64,000 nucleotides of DNA from Nymphaea colorata (GCF_008831285.2 NC_045138.2:3410001-3474000); one strand, 5' to 3'. Shown: positions 48,801-63,066, numbered from the stretch's first letter. Notes: generated by a model from the sequence alone, not told the origin. Made by a program: numbers and translations.

Positions 48801-51800
48801 TTATTTGAAACGTAAAATCAACTATTATTAGTGTTCGTTGATTTATCAAAATAACACATTTTTTTTAGCTGAAAGAGTCCTCAAAATTTTGATGTATGTC
48901 CACTTGGCTTAATGAGCAAATAATTACTTACAAGAAATAAAAGATCAGTTCAAAAGAGTTAACAAAGTTTTTCCTCTCTGTTTCTCTCTCTATATGTGTG
49001 TCTGTAGTGCGCTAGTAAAGCGGGCCCTGTAGTGCGCTGGTAAAGCGGGCCCATATGGGTGCGCCTTAAAAATCGAGTCATGTGATAATTGTACCAGATT
49101 TTTTGTTCAACTTGCTGAAGAATTATGCTTGTGTATTTTAGATTCTTAATGACCTTTTGTCCTAGAAATCATGATATTAAATGTAGATTCAACTAATCCT
49201 CTTTACATGTCAAGTTGCTATTGGATATTGGCAGATGTATCCCAATTGCTTTATGGGACTAGGTAGGATCTGGATGGACCAACTAGCAGCGTTCTGGACC
49301 TTTGTCCGGATATGACCTGGGCCTGGCCCAGCAGCTTCTATTATGGTCATTCAGAACTTGAATTACTCAAAAGTGATAAGAGCTATATAATAATAATGAC
49401 ATTTGATACAATATTACATATGATAAAGAAGGATCTGGCATCTGCTATGTATTTGTACTAGTGGTTAATGTTGTTAAATGCATATCAGAATTTTTATTGA
49501 GCACAAAGTAACATATGTAATGCACATAATATATGTAAATTCATAACCTTTTCTTCAAAAAAGATAAACAATGAAAAATTTCAAGTTAGTGAAAAGCTAA
49601 AGGAAAATTATAATGCTAAAAAAATAATATTATCTATAAAAACATATAATTAAGGCTATATGCTACAAATTAAATCTTAACAAACTAAAGGCTTCATCTG
49701 TTGATTTTGTGAACTGGTACAATATCAAACATATCAATCGTATTAAAGTGCATATTGAATGAGGAAAAATAAAATTATTATGAATAAAATATATATTAGG
49801 CCGCAAACAAAGCAAAATGAAGTTATCTGCTCGACAGCTGTGTACTGAATAACAACAAGCTGTAACACCTTCTGAATGACAAGTAATTGATTAAATATGG
49901 TTTGCATAGCATAAAGTCTAAATTTAGGTTTTATCTGATATGATCATTTTGTTCATTCTCCACTTCATTCTTCATCTTCTATGTCATTCATGATACAATT
50001 TTTATCACCTGCTATGTGACATTTAACCTTTATAAATTACTGTGCAATGTGCATACATGACCATAAAACTCGTTTTGGCTTGTAGCTAACTCAGACAAAC
50101 AATGATACTTCTAATCTGGATCAATATGGTGAAATCAAGGCTGGGTCAATGGGGAGAAGACCTTGTCCTCCCATCAATCTATTATTGGAAATTTGGAACT
50201 AAAAACGGGTACATCTAATAGCTTTTGCACATGATTTAACTGAGAAGTTTGCAAAAACAAGTAGACATGTTCTCTTAGGGCCTTGTTATTGGAACTTCCT
50301 CAAATTCTTTTAGGAACTTAACACAAAGTGCTAATTCCTGACCTTTAGGGCCTTGAATTGACCTTTTTTGCTTTGAGGAATTATTGGACTTCATATGCTC
50401 TTGAAAAGTAATGGGTAACTGTAAAACAACCACTTGAAAACTTAGAATTTCTTAGAATGAGAAATGGCCTCCTAAATCTTCTAGTTTAAAGTTTGAACAC
50501 CAAAAATCAGCCTCGGAACGAGTTCTCCTTCCCCAACCCCAACCCCATCTGCCACACCCACACCTAATAAACGGAAAAAATTTTGCACCTTTGGGAATGC
50601 ATAAAAGGTGTATCCCAGGATACATTATGTATTATCTTAAGGTATGTATGACGCAGCTACAATACATCCATAAAGCTAGTTTTGGGGATGTATCGTCTCC
50701 TGCAATGTCATAGTTGTGGTGCATATGCTATATTGCATGATGATTCTTATAAGATTGCAATTTCCAGTTACTTTGAGTTGAGAATTTACTGTGTCGAAGC
50801 TGTTGAAGGAAAATAAAGTTTCACTGGCTAACTACTCTCTTTGGTCGAGCAAGCTGACTTCTCATGTTGGCCTGCAAAGTGGCTGAATTGCTTGAAAACA
50901 TCACAACATACAAAATTCTGCATATAAATTGTCTTGGTGCAAGTTATCATAGTATATCTAGTAAAAGCCATTAATAATTTTGGTGGAGTGTCTGATAGAT
51001 GTTTCTTTCTTTGGTCAATTAAAGTTCTGCACTTGCTTTTTGTTGTAGTGCCATAAACAAAAAAATGAACTTGGAAAAAAACTATCCACCATCAGTGAAC
51101 CATCACATGAAGTTGCTGCAAGTGAAGCACGTGTGCTTGTGAAGCATTTGCAGGAAGAGCTTAGGAGCTATGTAAGTCCTGCCAAATTTCTTGCTTTGAC
51201 GTCTGTTATGCTAGAAACATGCTTGCAGTTCCATGTGAGGCTGATCAACTATCATTTTGAAACACTGGTCATTGCATTCAATGAAAAATTTAGTCACACA
51301 TGTAATTGGACATTAGAGGCCAATTGCTACAATTTGAACCTTTTGATGAATAAGCCTATGTGTGTTGTGCTTCGGGAGTAATTGTAGTGTTCCTGTTTAT
51401 GTTCATTTTTGGCATGCATTCTTTTGTAATAATTTGACTGATTCTATGGTTTCATTGAGGAGCTTGTTAGTCTTCTGGGTGCCTAGTTTTGATCTTAGCT
51501 GTTGCTTACGGCTGGTTGTTTGTGTGAGAGTTGGCATTTCCTGATCTTTCTTGATGATCCTTAGTAGTGCATTCATATGAATAGAAGTTGAAGCATGTTG
51601 CAATAAACAATGTCCTACAAAATGCCTTGGTGTGTTCTAATTTGTAGCAACTCTCTGTTCTCAATCTTCATCTTTAGACCAAGAGTTTTAGGAGTCTCCA
51701 TTTTTTTTTGTTGTTGTTTCTCATCCTTGACCTTTCAGTTACATTGTAACATTAGTAACAAATATAGCTTGAGATAAGTGGTTACCTCTAGCTGAGCAGG

Positions 51801-54800
51801 CTGGTATAGTTCCAAGAAAAATTGCCAAACAGTGACAATTAAACTTCTTGGTATAAGGTCTTGTCATCTATTGGAGTGGAGTTGTCTTTATAATCTGTTT
51901 CATCTTCTTGGGCATCTCTTTTTTAGCAATTAAGCTAGCTTTCTATCTTTCACTTTTGATCTTATAAAACCACCTGCATCCCTTGATTTGGTAACTTACA
52001 TCCATACAAAGTTTGAATCTCCATGTTATAGATTTTTCAGGTGCTTCCATGTCATGGTTCATGGCATCTACCTGTTGAGGGTAAAATTTTAGTGGGTTAT
52101 CTATAAGTCTAAGTAGTCAAGAAATGGGCTTGAAACTGAGGTGCTAAGAAGACATGAAAACAATTGAGGGCATCTTCATTGTCTGGAGGTTGACTCCTAG
52201 AAGTACTATTTTTGTTTTTTACGAACATACATTTGAAGTTCCCTTTGTGCCATATTATCATCAATGGGACTAGAAGCATGGCTACTATCATTTATTTATT
52301 GATCATTACTGTGAGGATCATCATGATTATCATTTTCATGAGCAGTTACATCATTTTATGTAGGAAATAAATCAATAAGAGGGGATTACTCAATTTGAAT
52401 CTGGGATTTGCTTTCTTCAAATGTCCCTTTTCCTCGTATCATTTCTTAAAACTTTTCTGACACAAAAAACAAGTATTTGTGTTACAGTCGGACAGTTAAT
52501 AAACTAGGTTCCTGGCTGCTTAGCTCGGGAAAACCTTGGTTTTACTAGAACCACGTTAGTGTGTCTTGTCATCTAAACAGGTTCATAAACTATTCTGATT
52601 GTATTTGATATTGACAAGATTTCAAAAGGTTATGAGTTTTGGAAAATAGACTAGGAGGTCCTGTTAATCAAAATAAAAGTAACTGCAGCTTTGAACAAAA
52701 GACATCTATGTTCTTTGAAGTAACACTGGTTCTAACAATGTTAATGAACTATTGGAATCTTCTCCTGAATGGTTATGCTACCAGCTTCTTATTTTAGGTC
52801 TTTCCATTTTTTCCCCTTTTTATGCTTAGTTTAAATTTTAGTATTTTACCATCTTTTCACTTTTATGCTTTTGAACTTAAAATTTTTTAGCAGTGCCATT
52901 TTCTTATGACATTTGGATATTGTTAATTTTAGGAATCTGAAGTATGTGAGGCACGGAAATTGAAAGCTCTGCACGACAACACCGAACTCTTGAAAGAAAA
53001 GATTCAGGAAGAGAGACACCACCGAGAGCAAGCAGAAGCTCAGTTGCTTAAACTCCATGATGTGGAGCAGAATGTGATTAAGTTGGAAGATGAATTGGTG
53101 AAATGGAAGTCAATTTCTAACGAGATTCCTGGTGTCGAATCAAGTGATGATGTTGTTCAAAAATTTGCCAGCCTGCAAAGGTAATGCATTTTTAGGGGAG
53201 AAAAGGTGGGAAAAGTAACAACAACAATAACTACTTCACAGTTCTACAATTTATTGTGTTCTTTTTTGTTTCTGTTAGCTTCAACAACAATGAATTCATC
53301 CTCATTGAACCATGTTACCCACTTCCTTAGTTGATCCAGCATTCCATTTCAATACTTAGTGGTTGGATATTCATCATAATTTGAGAGAAAGAAAGCCTTT
53401 TATGAACGCGATCAGATGCCAATATAATATATGGTAATCTATGTTGAAAATTTTAATGGTTTTGGGCTTACATATTCTTTTGCTATTTTAGTTTTAAGAA
53501 TAATCTGCATCCTTGGGTTTTAGGCAGCATATGATATGGTGTATTTGCATGTGTAGTTTTCCTATAGTCAGTATGATAGCGCATTGCAATAATGCAGGTC
53601 AAAATTGGTTATAGACGGATGTGGCATATTTACATCAAAATTTTCAACAAGTAAAAAGCTTCACATATTTCCCTTCAGCTGCAATTTTTGGGCAATCCTT
53701 CACCGAATACTAGTTTTTCTGTTGGGCCTTTCTAGTTGCCAACTCCTGAATTCCGTAATCAGTTCTTCTCGTACATTTTTTTGTTTTGTTTTTAATTCCC
53801 CCCCCCCCCCCCCCCCCCCCCCCCCTTGTGACCATTTTTTGTTTTTGGAGATGCCTTATTTGGCTTCTAGCTGTTAATGAAAACTTCTGCATCTGCTACT
53901 TTTAATTGTCGGCAGCCTTACTAACATTCTGGAAAGGGTATAGTGCCAGTAACTCACTTTTCTTCCGTAATCCCTATCGCTGCTATATCAACATAGCCAA
54001 CTAACAATTGGTATAGACTTGAGGCTTTTTTGCTGTTTAAGTTGATTAATCAAATATTTTTTGCTATTAATGCAGAGAATTGATTCAGAGTATGAAGCAA
54101 TCTGGTGAGCTAACTTCACAATTGAGACAACTGGAGGTAGACATTGAGAAGGCCAATCTTGACAAAAATCACGCTGAAAGGCAGGTCATGTTGGCAGAGC
54201 GAAAGGTAGAAGAAAACATGGCTGCAGTTAGAAGGCTTGAAATCTCAGTGAGTATTAATTCCATCCTATTCTTTCTTGATGGGTGCACTGTATCAAGAAA
54301 GATTGACTGGATTCCAAGTTTTTGCTCCAGGGTGTTTAAATTTTTGTCTTGATGGAGATGTGAATTTGGTTCCTAGATCTGCTGCAATGTTGTTGTTCAT
54401 GATATACCTTATGGGCCTCTAAGTAGGGGTGGGCATCGGGCCGGGCCGCTCAGCCTGGCCCGGCCCGGCCCGCCCTCTTCGCCCCTTTCCCCCCGCCCTC
54501 CCGAGTCTCCCGACCCCCTTTCCCCCGCCCTCCTGTCGCCCTCCGGCTGCAGCAACGGCGACAGAGCCGACCCCCTTTCCCCCTGCCCTCCCGTCGCCCT
54601 CCGGCTGCAGCAACGGTGATGGCGACGGAGGAGGAGGGGAGGGAGACAGAGGAGGGGGAGCGGAGAGGGGGAGAGGGAGACAGGAAGGGAGAGGGAGAGG
54701 GGGAGCAGAGAGGGAGAGGGAAGCAGAGGGGGACGGAGGCAGAGGGGGAGCGGAGAGGGAGACGGGAAGGGAGAGCAGAGGGGGAGGGGAGAGGGAGAGG

Positions 54801-57800
54801 GGGAGAGGGAGACGGGGAGCAGAGAGGGGGAGCTGGAGCAGCGAGGGAGAGGGGGAGCGGAGAGGAGGAGGAAGAGGGAGAGCGAGAGCCGGGCCGGCCC
54901 GGGCCAGGTTTTTCCCGGCCCGGACCCGGGTCCGATCGGGCGGCCCGGCGGCGACGCGGCCCGACGCCCAGGCTTACCTCTAAGAATGTATACGTCTCTG
55001 CCAAATCCAGTCAAGTTTCAGCTGTTGGACTTGAGTAGTAGCCATAGTAACAATCTCGTAGTTTGATTGCTCTGCACGGTTTGGAGTCGTACTTTCTAGC
55101 TTCAAGATTTTCAAATGTCAGGTTAATTCTTTCCTAAGGTCTTTGATAGGGTTATCATCAGATCCCTTGGAAGCTCGAGTTCATAGCATTTGGCTATCAT
55201 TCTTGGCTGTGTATTTGTACACTAATTTCCAGTATTTGCACTTTTCAGGTAGCTTCAGTCGCTGCAGAGAGGGACAGACTACGAGCTGCAGTTGCTAGCC
55301 TTGAAGGGGAGTCCTTCGCACAGAAAAATCAGACAGGCGAGGATGCAGCTGCAAGCAATGTTGGTGAAACTCTTGCTAAGGTGAGATAATTCTGCATTCA
55401 CATTTTGAAAGTCTGATAACCTATTCGTGCCTCCTCTTAAATGTTTGTGTGTGTATGTGCATTATTGAAATACCAAGGATCTAGAAGCCTGTCTTATGGA
55501 AAAAGAGTCCACCATCAAAGAACTGGAGCGTAACCTGCAGGAGCAAAAGGAAATTATTAGCAATCAATGTTGTGAAATAAGGCTCCTAAATGAAAATTTG
55601 AATAGTGAAACCAGGAGAGCAAAGTCATTAGAGCGTGAGGGCGATCGACTTCGTTCTGAGATTTCACTGTTGGAGAGCAAGGTAAAATTTTTGAAACAGA
55701 ATTGAACTTGACAGTCAATTTGTTCTGAATGCATGTGCTTGTGTTGATAAATAATGACTTGTAGTTCAACCTTATGTGGGTACCTGCTCGTCACTGATTG
55801 TTGAATTTACGAGTCACTTTCAACTCCTTCACGGCACTATCATTACTCATTGTATATCCTAGAAATTACTAGTGCATATTGATGCGTTTTTGTATGAAGT
55901 ATGAACCACTTTTAAAGGATATTTTTGTTGTAAAATAATTGAAAACACACATCAATAATAACATTACCGAACTCAAAATCCACTGGGGAATGGGGTTTAA
56001 GAATTTGACTTCCAACCAAGAACAAAACTTTAATCGACTGAATAAATGTTCACACAAATGTCACGCAGAGAACATTCAATCAATCAAAGAAAGTAAAATC
56101 CTACACTGCAAAAGACTAAATTCCTGAACTATTGCTCGAGACCCCACTCCACGGCTCAAGTTATGGAACACCGACCATGGGTAAAGTCCTGAAGCCTGAA
56201 AACACAAAAACGAAGTTAGCAAATCACTAAAAAAAAAATAAATAAATATTGCAATGACTGAACAAACAACCTAAAGACTTTCTATACCTTACCACACCTG
56301 ACTTGTCCTGATAAACAAACGAAAACACATAACACATAAACTAATTAATGTACAAATAAAAATAAAACAAATTAATTTGAACCATAAACTGGACGTTAAA
56401 CATTATAAGCAGAGAGTTACCGTTCTGTTCTAAACATAAATGACCAAAATACCCTTGTACTACACAATGTACATTTCTGGACAGTTTACTGTAATTTTCT
56501 TCTCTCAAAGGGAAATCATGTCCAAATTTTAACTGACACAAACAGAGGAAACAGCCTTTTTACTGAACTTGAAAATCATTTACATTTTTTAAAAATCTAG
56601 CCACCTTAATGCACAAAAAAGTTAAAATCAGGTTATGCAGTTTTCAGAAAACCAGAGGACAAAAGTATATTTAAAATCTGACTAAATGATATTCTGTTGT
56701 TAGAAAAATTAGTCTCCAGAATGTAGACACATCGACTAAACTGTGATAAATTTAAAATTTCATAGAAAAATTCATTTATTTGCCATTACAAATACATTTC
56801 GCTAATGTACTTATTTTGTGGTTTTTAACAGAAAATTGTCAATAAGCATGTCCATACTTTGTATTATGTATAATACAACTACAAGTATATGCCTAATTAT
56901 GATTCACAATTAACAAAACAGAAAATTAGCATTCCAATTTTAATTTTAAACATGAGATTAACTAAAACTCACTCCTAACATGACACTACTCAAGTGCTTA
57001 AACTGATCTGACCTATCCCTTACCTAAAGTATGCATGACTTAATGCACAATACACTAAATGCAACCTACTGGTGGTGCATAGGAGGTTGGCTTTTTCAAC
57101 AGGAATTCCAAAAGGGAGATCATCTCCTAAAAATTAGGAAGATTCCCTAAAGTTAAGGGATTTCCTCTCGACCCTCTTCTAAAATTTTCTCCATAATTTT
57201 CAAAAAGAATCTACATTAACGATTACTGAAAATCTATTCCGAAAATGTTGTAATGCTAACTTCCTAACAACTGGACCACAGTTGTTGTAATCTAGAGATT
57301 AATCTAGTACACAACATGCACTTAGACACCAATCCATTACAATATCAGAGCTATCAACAAAAAAATGACACTTGTGAGTGGGGCTTGAACCATTGCACAC
57401 GTCCCACGCTTGCTAAAATAATCAAATCTAAAATTATGGAAAATTCTTAAATTCTAGCTCACAATCTAATATTACTTAATTCATGAATTATCTTTCTTAA
57501 CCGTAAAATGCACCTATCTAACACAACCGGCAATGGAGGAAAGTCCCTCCTACTGAACAGAAACAATGGTGATAGCTGGAATTCATGGCTGACTAGCCAG
57601 AATCAGACAAGAAACCAGAACATGCCTACTACCTAAATGGTCTCCCTAAGCACTCTATATAATTAAAATATGCATTTTTGACTAGATACAATGCAAAATT
57701 TACAAAATGCACACCTAACATTATTAGTTCAAGATGCAAAACCAGCATAAGCTGTAAATTCTGGACACCAAGCACATGAACTGATGTAAAACGTGAATAA

Positions 57801-60800
57801 AAAAAGTTGCAACACAATGAAGTTCAGCCGACTACCTACTCCTAAACTGGCGACATTTGCATGCCATCAACTAAAAACTCCTAATCTACTAACTCTGCCA
57901 TGATTGTAGCATGCCAAAGCACATACTAAAAATTAAAATAAAATAAAATAAATTAAACTGTTGACTAGAGTACTAGACCAATTATGTTAGTGGATGGAAG
58001 AAAGAGGTGTGGCCGTTGGATTGCTGCCAGTGCCAGCTCTCTCTCCTCTCATATTGTACACTGACTGAACACATGAAAATATAGTTATAATACATGTTTT
58101 ACAGCATGTTAAACATCTAAACAACACCTAGCCAACATCTAAGCCTGCACAATTTTGAAATAGAACATACAAGTCAAAACTAGGAAACAAGAGTTTGGAG
58201 AAGGATAACAGGAAAAAACTACCGGCTGGATGAAATCCACCAGTTTTTTTTTTTTTTTTTTTGTGTAAAAACCCCAAGCCCCTGCAAAAGCTAGCACCTA
58301 AGTCTACTAATACACAAAGAAAATCAAGGACATGCTGGAAAAAAAATCAGAAATCAAATGGAAATCACAAGATGATGTTAGACTGGCTCTAGGCTACCTA
58401 GAAGACGGGATGTGAAGAACACCTACATATTCGGTGTTCCGATGAATTATAGAGGGATATGACACAATCTAGGACCTTGAAAAGGGCTGCTCCGCACGTC
58501 CACACAATGGGAGATGGCTGCTGCGTATTTTGAGAAAGGTCAATGGTGGAGGAAATTGATGAAGTTTGAAGATGGCCGTTGGCACGGCAACCCCAACCTC
58601 TCCAAGGTGGGAAAAAGCCACAAGAATCCTCTTTGGACTTTGAGATCTACCTTTGTCCTTGCTGCAACCCTGTAAAAACCAGCAACCTAAAGTGAGGAAA
58701 AACACAATAAAGTGACAAACACACAGTGGAAGAAAAAAAAGCGATAGAACCGGCCCCAAGAATCCTCGATCACACCAGATTGATGGATGAACACCACAAC
58801 TGAGAATCTTATGGTTTGGAGGAGGAAGAAGGAGCTGCTCTCTTCAAAATCTCTGGATGCCCCAACCTGGGGAAAACTCCACGTTTTTATTTCTTTTGCT
58901 TGATGTGGAATTTATAAATTCACTCCATTTTTTATGAATTTCCATATAAAGGAATGTGCCCCATTTGAGGGGGTTTTCAACAACTTTTATTCTGTCTTTC
59001 ATTTGGATTTTATACTTGGGCTTGGATTTATGATTTGGATCCAAGATTTGATTGACTTTAGCTTCTTGGATTATGATTTGGATCCAAGATTTGATTGACT
59101 TTAGCTTCTTGGATTTGGATCTCTTATCAAATTACTCCAAAACACCAAAAAAACTCAATACCTCCTCCACATTCGCACTGTTTTACACAAAATTTCAAAC
59201 ATAAGTTCTTATCAACAAAAGTAATGTAAACATGGATTTTTACCACAAACACATGGACAAATGCATGTAAAGTGATATGAATATGATGCATTTCACGCAT
59301 CATCACATATGCTCTCATTTACACTAAATCATTATTCTTTTGTAACCTATTAGCATTCATTTTAGTGCAACTAGTTCAAGAAATTTTCACATCTTTTGGC
59401 TCATTTATGTTGTCTTCTAACATTTTCTAGTCCCATTTTAAATACATAAATATGTCAGTTTTTTTTTTTAGTCTTATCCGAAATTCAGGTGTTATCTAAC
59501 ACGACATGACCCTTCAAACCACCTTTTTACTATGCAATATAGATCCTTCTAGATGCGAAGCACATGCATCGTCATGACATGGTGTGGATTTGAGTGCAAA
59601 ATACTAGACTTGAAGTGATGTAGGTTGTTTTTCGGCTTGAGTCCTTTGAGTGCTTCAGGCATGGTTAATGTAGAGGTGATATAATCAACAAAGAGGAGAT
59701 TCTGTTTCAGAACCAGCTCAGTCAAGCATTTGGTCAATGCTACTTTGATTCTTCGCCGCCTCTTCATTACCTTTTTCTCTTATTTTTTCATCTTTCTCAT
59801 CTTCACATCATTATCATTGTCATCCTCTTCTTCTTGTTCCTCCTTTTCCTGCCTCTTATTCTTCCTCTTCTTCTACTATGTTTCTTTGTGGGTTGAACCT
59901 AGAGTCCTAGACTTGACCAGATCTAGGTTCAATTCATTGGGGCCTAGACTTAGTTTTGATTGGCCTTTTCATTTGGATCAATGGTAATTTTTAATATATT
60001 CTATTTTTTAATGGCTTCATTTTTGTAATTGTACTTCTTTTTTGCTACGCCTTCCATCACACAAACGCACTCAAATGACCATCATGACTATTCTCTCTCT
60101 TTTACTTCTGCTTTTCACGCGTTCAATGGACAGAGAGTTGTCATGTTTATAAACTAAAAAAAATTTGCTTATTCTCCTCGTCCTAGCTGTCATTGGGTCA
60201 CTATTTCATGGTAATTTATAATTAGTATGTGTGAGGTGAGCGTTGGATGCAGTATTATCAAGATTAGTTCTTAAACCTGATGACGAGGCTGCTGATTTGT
60301 TAGCCGATGCACTGATTCACTGAATCGGTTTTTGAATCAGCAAAAATTATTTTTTAAATAAAAAATGATAAATGAAAATGATAAATTCTTAAAATATCTA
60401 GGAATTGACACTTGGCATTCGTGGATCGGCCACTGAACCGAATTGGTTCACCACCAATTTGATTTGAATCAGCTGATTCTGAGGGTATGATGATTTCATT
60501 GAAATGTACAAAATATTACAAAATTCGATTATTTTTTGACTTTTTCTCTTCCCTTTTAAATAGATAAGGTCTACAACCTTTTCTCTTATGAAAAGTGATA
60601 CCCACTTTGATGAGCACAGAAAGGGGTAGATAATTTCTACATAAATGAGAAATTATATGATGCATCAAATGCAAAAAATAAAGTTATAAAAATATACTTA
60701 AAATTTTGGTAAATACAAAATGAAATTTTTACATAAACATGACTCCATGTTTGATGGTCTAACAAAAAAGGTTAAGTTTGAACTTTTTGGGTTGAACCAC

Positions 60801-63066
60801 TAGGTCACTTAGAGAGCAAACGACTAAATGAAATAAATTCAAACTTAAGCATTTTCTGATACCATCAAAGGATGAGCTAATTTTCATAAGCAATTTACTT
60901 AAAAACACAGTTAACTTTATGTGTAGTTAATCAAAGATGCCCTTCCATCAATTTAACTCAGGTATAGCCAAAATAGACTCAATGATTTGTATTGTCTTTG
61001 CTATTTCGCACCAGCGTGTTTAGCTGCATAAGACAGAATATATGCTTACTTATATTCAAATTAATTAGTTGATCTTAAGTAAATTTAAATAAGAGTAAGT
61101 GCATCTTTTGTTAATGTTGCAGAAGTAGATTCAATTTTTTATTATTGTTAAAAGTTTCAGTGTACTTTAAAAAATGTTTTTGAAATTTAAGTATAGTTTA
61201 TGGATGTATATATTGGCTTTAAATATGATAGCTAGGAAATATAAGGACCCATGGGTTATCACTGTGAAAGTTTGGAGGAACCACATTTTGCCACCTCAAT
61301 TTGTAAATCAGATTGACAGGGGATACTTCTTTGAAAAGACACTTTTTAGGTAGCAATCTTTAAGCTGTTCAATCTATCTAATTGGACTGTTGATGGTGGT
61401 CTCCCGTCTCTGTAAATTCTGATACACATATCCCACTCTGCTCTCTTACACCCATGTTTTTCCAGATAATTATATCACATTCTTTGATCCTGCACTCAGC
61501 TATACCTGTGCAACATAACCCCGTTTATTGTTTCTTTTTGTTACCCAAAAGGTATCTAAAGGAACAACTTGTAACTCTTTTGGACCCTCTATTTTACTGC
61601 TAATTGAGTCCTTTCTCACAAAGCAAGTTTAACATAATAGCCTATACCTTTGTATCTCTGTGATACCAGTTTCCATACTTATTTGACTTCAAAAACCTTA
61701 AACTTTCTGTAGTTGGGACATGGTGATTATTCTGCTGCCACAACAAAGGTTCTGCGAATGGTGAATACCTTGGCAGTTGATAATGAAGCAAAGCATGCAA
61801 TTGAGGCATTACGTTGTGAACTACAAAAGGCTCAGGCGAAATTGCAAGCAATTGAAGATCTGAAAGGGCAATCAGGTATTGGCAGATTCACCATTCTGTA
61901 CATTCCATGCTAAGTTGCTCTACGTGTAGCATGATTGAGATTGAAGGTGCATGTTCTAAATTTCATGGCAACCTCGTGTGATAAAAATTTGTCTTGCTTG
62001 AGTTGAATAACAATTTCTTAAAGAAAGCTTGCAGCTTCATTTCTTTGGTTTCTTTCCTCACAAAATTTGACATTTTCACTTTTAGAGAAAACATGCTGAA
62101 GTATTGCTGGCATAACAAATGCTTAAGTTTGAATTTCTTTCATTTAACTGCCTGTTTCCTATGTCATTTTGGTAGTTAAATGAAAGAAATCTGAACTTGA
62201 GCAGTTTTTTTTGTTATTCCATCAAAACTTGAGTATACTTTTGGAATATTTTCCAATAAAAAAATAAATCCAGCATTATATTATGAAAATATGATTGTAA
62301 TTAGACATCCCGTAATTCTATCACGAGTTAAAAATAAATGATGATAAATAACTCAAGTTCAAGAAGGAGCAGTTTCACTTTTCTTTTGTCTCATCCTCAT
62401 AGGCTTTACTATTCTCAGCTTCTCAAAGGGCACTTAACCATATAGAAAGCACTCCTTCACTCCTTAGTATGCATCTACTACAGAATTAGCCTCTGTCTCC
62501 TCCCCTCTCTCCCCCCACCATGTAAAGAATATTCTGGAAGCCATTACAAATTTTTTGTTCTTCATACAAGAGTGAAATGCAATTCATCTTAGGATATGTT
62601 TTCATAGTTTCGTAATTTATCATTCTTCTGTAAGATGTGCTTATTATTATCATTTTTCTTTTACTTGATGTAGTCTTCTATGTTCCTGCCTATAAATGTA
62701 AATGTGAACCCAAGGGTCACAGCTAGTGCCATCCTATAATTCATATTGTGGTGGAAGGGCAGATTGAGGTCACTATTAAATATTAAGTTATTAACCTTGT
62801 GTTGTTATGCAGATGCATCCAAGCTTGTCAGTGGTGACATATCTGAAAAACTTGCACAGCTTAAAGGACAAATTGCAATACTGGAGAAACGTGAGGAAAG
62901 GTAACTTATGGGTCAAATCCTTTTGCATTTTTTGATGGTGCATCTGTTCCCATGTCTTTTTCCTCCCCTCTGTTTAAACTCTGTCCTGTGGTACAGATAT
63001 AAGACAGTATTTGCAGAGAAAATATCAGTCTTTAGACGAGCATGTTGCTCGCTGTTTGGTTATAAG
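42884..63066 (+). CDS. MAD1: Mitotic spindle assembly checkpoint protein MAD1; exons 1-13 (640 codons), C-terminus beyond the right edge
   Basis: Exons 42884-43051, 44874-44973, 47175-47335, 48014-48211, 48287-48379, 51049-51171, 52933-53180, 54076-54247, 55249-55380, 55478-55681, 61713-61875, 62813-62900, 62997-63066 are GT-AG and in frame. Motifs MIVRTPPAKR, MLCTYQCRQMVKSEF, long coiled coil, KSLEREGDRLRSEISLLESKLGHGDYSAATTKVLRMVNTL and EKREERYKTVFAEKISVFRRACCSLFGYK match plant MAD1. Confidence 0.95.
43655..43828. repeat. ~86-bp imperfect tandem duplication in MAD1 intron 1
   Basis: CATTTAAAC..GCAC.TTCCCTATTTTCTGT...CCCTTCAT.AGATTACAAAGCATG...TTATTACGTATTATGTCC x2. Confidence 0.9.
45955..46322. 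mobile_element. AT-rich MITE, CATAGTCACA-TIR family, in MAD1 intron 2
   Basis: TIRs GATAGTCACA / TGTGACTATG; internal CCGTATTATACC.GAGAC duplication; three other copies in the window. Confidence 0.7.
53798..53825. repeat. poly-C tract (28 nt) in MAD1 intron 7
   Basis: Directly visible. Confidence 0.9.
54424..54976. mobile_element. GC-rich hAT-type MITE with perfect 8-bp TSD in MAD1 intron 8
   Basis: TSD CCTCTAAG at 54416-54423 and 54977-54984; imperfect TIRs TAGGGGTGGGCATCGGGCCG / CGGCCCGACGCCCAGGCTTA; GGCCC subterminal repeats; GA-rich core. Confidence 0.9.
55900..59497. mobile_element. large degenerate retroelement-derived (probably gypsy LTR, Tekay/Del-like) insertion in MAD1 intron 10; boundaries approximate
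   Basis: Strand composition flips to A/C-rich against the T-rich intron background; motif ATGACCAAAATACCC; right end CCGAAATTCAGGTGTTAT resembles ...GGTGTTACA LTR termini; no intact ORF. Confidence 0.4.
59028..59113. repeat. perfect 43-bp tandem duplication
   Basis: TTATGATTTGGATCCAAGATTTGATTGACTTTAGCTTCTTGGA x2 (59028-59070, 59071-59113). Confidence 0.95.

Noticed and set aside
54409..55038. Several overlapping 140-200 aa ORFs on both strands
   Set aside because: Low-complexity translations of a GC-rich MITE bounded by a perfect TSD; stop codons are absent simply because of base composition
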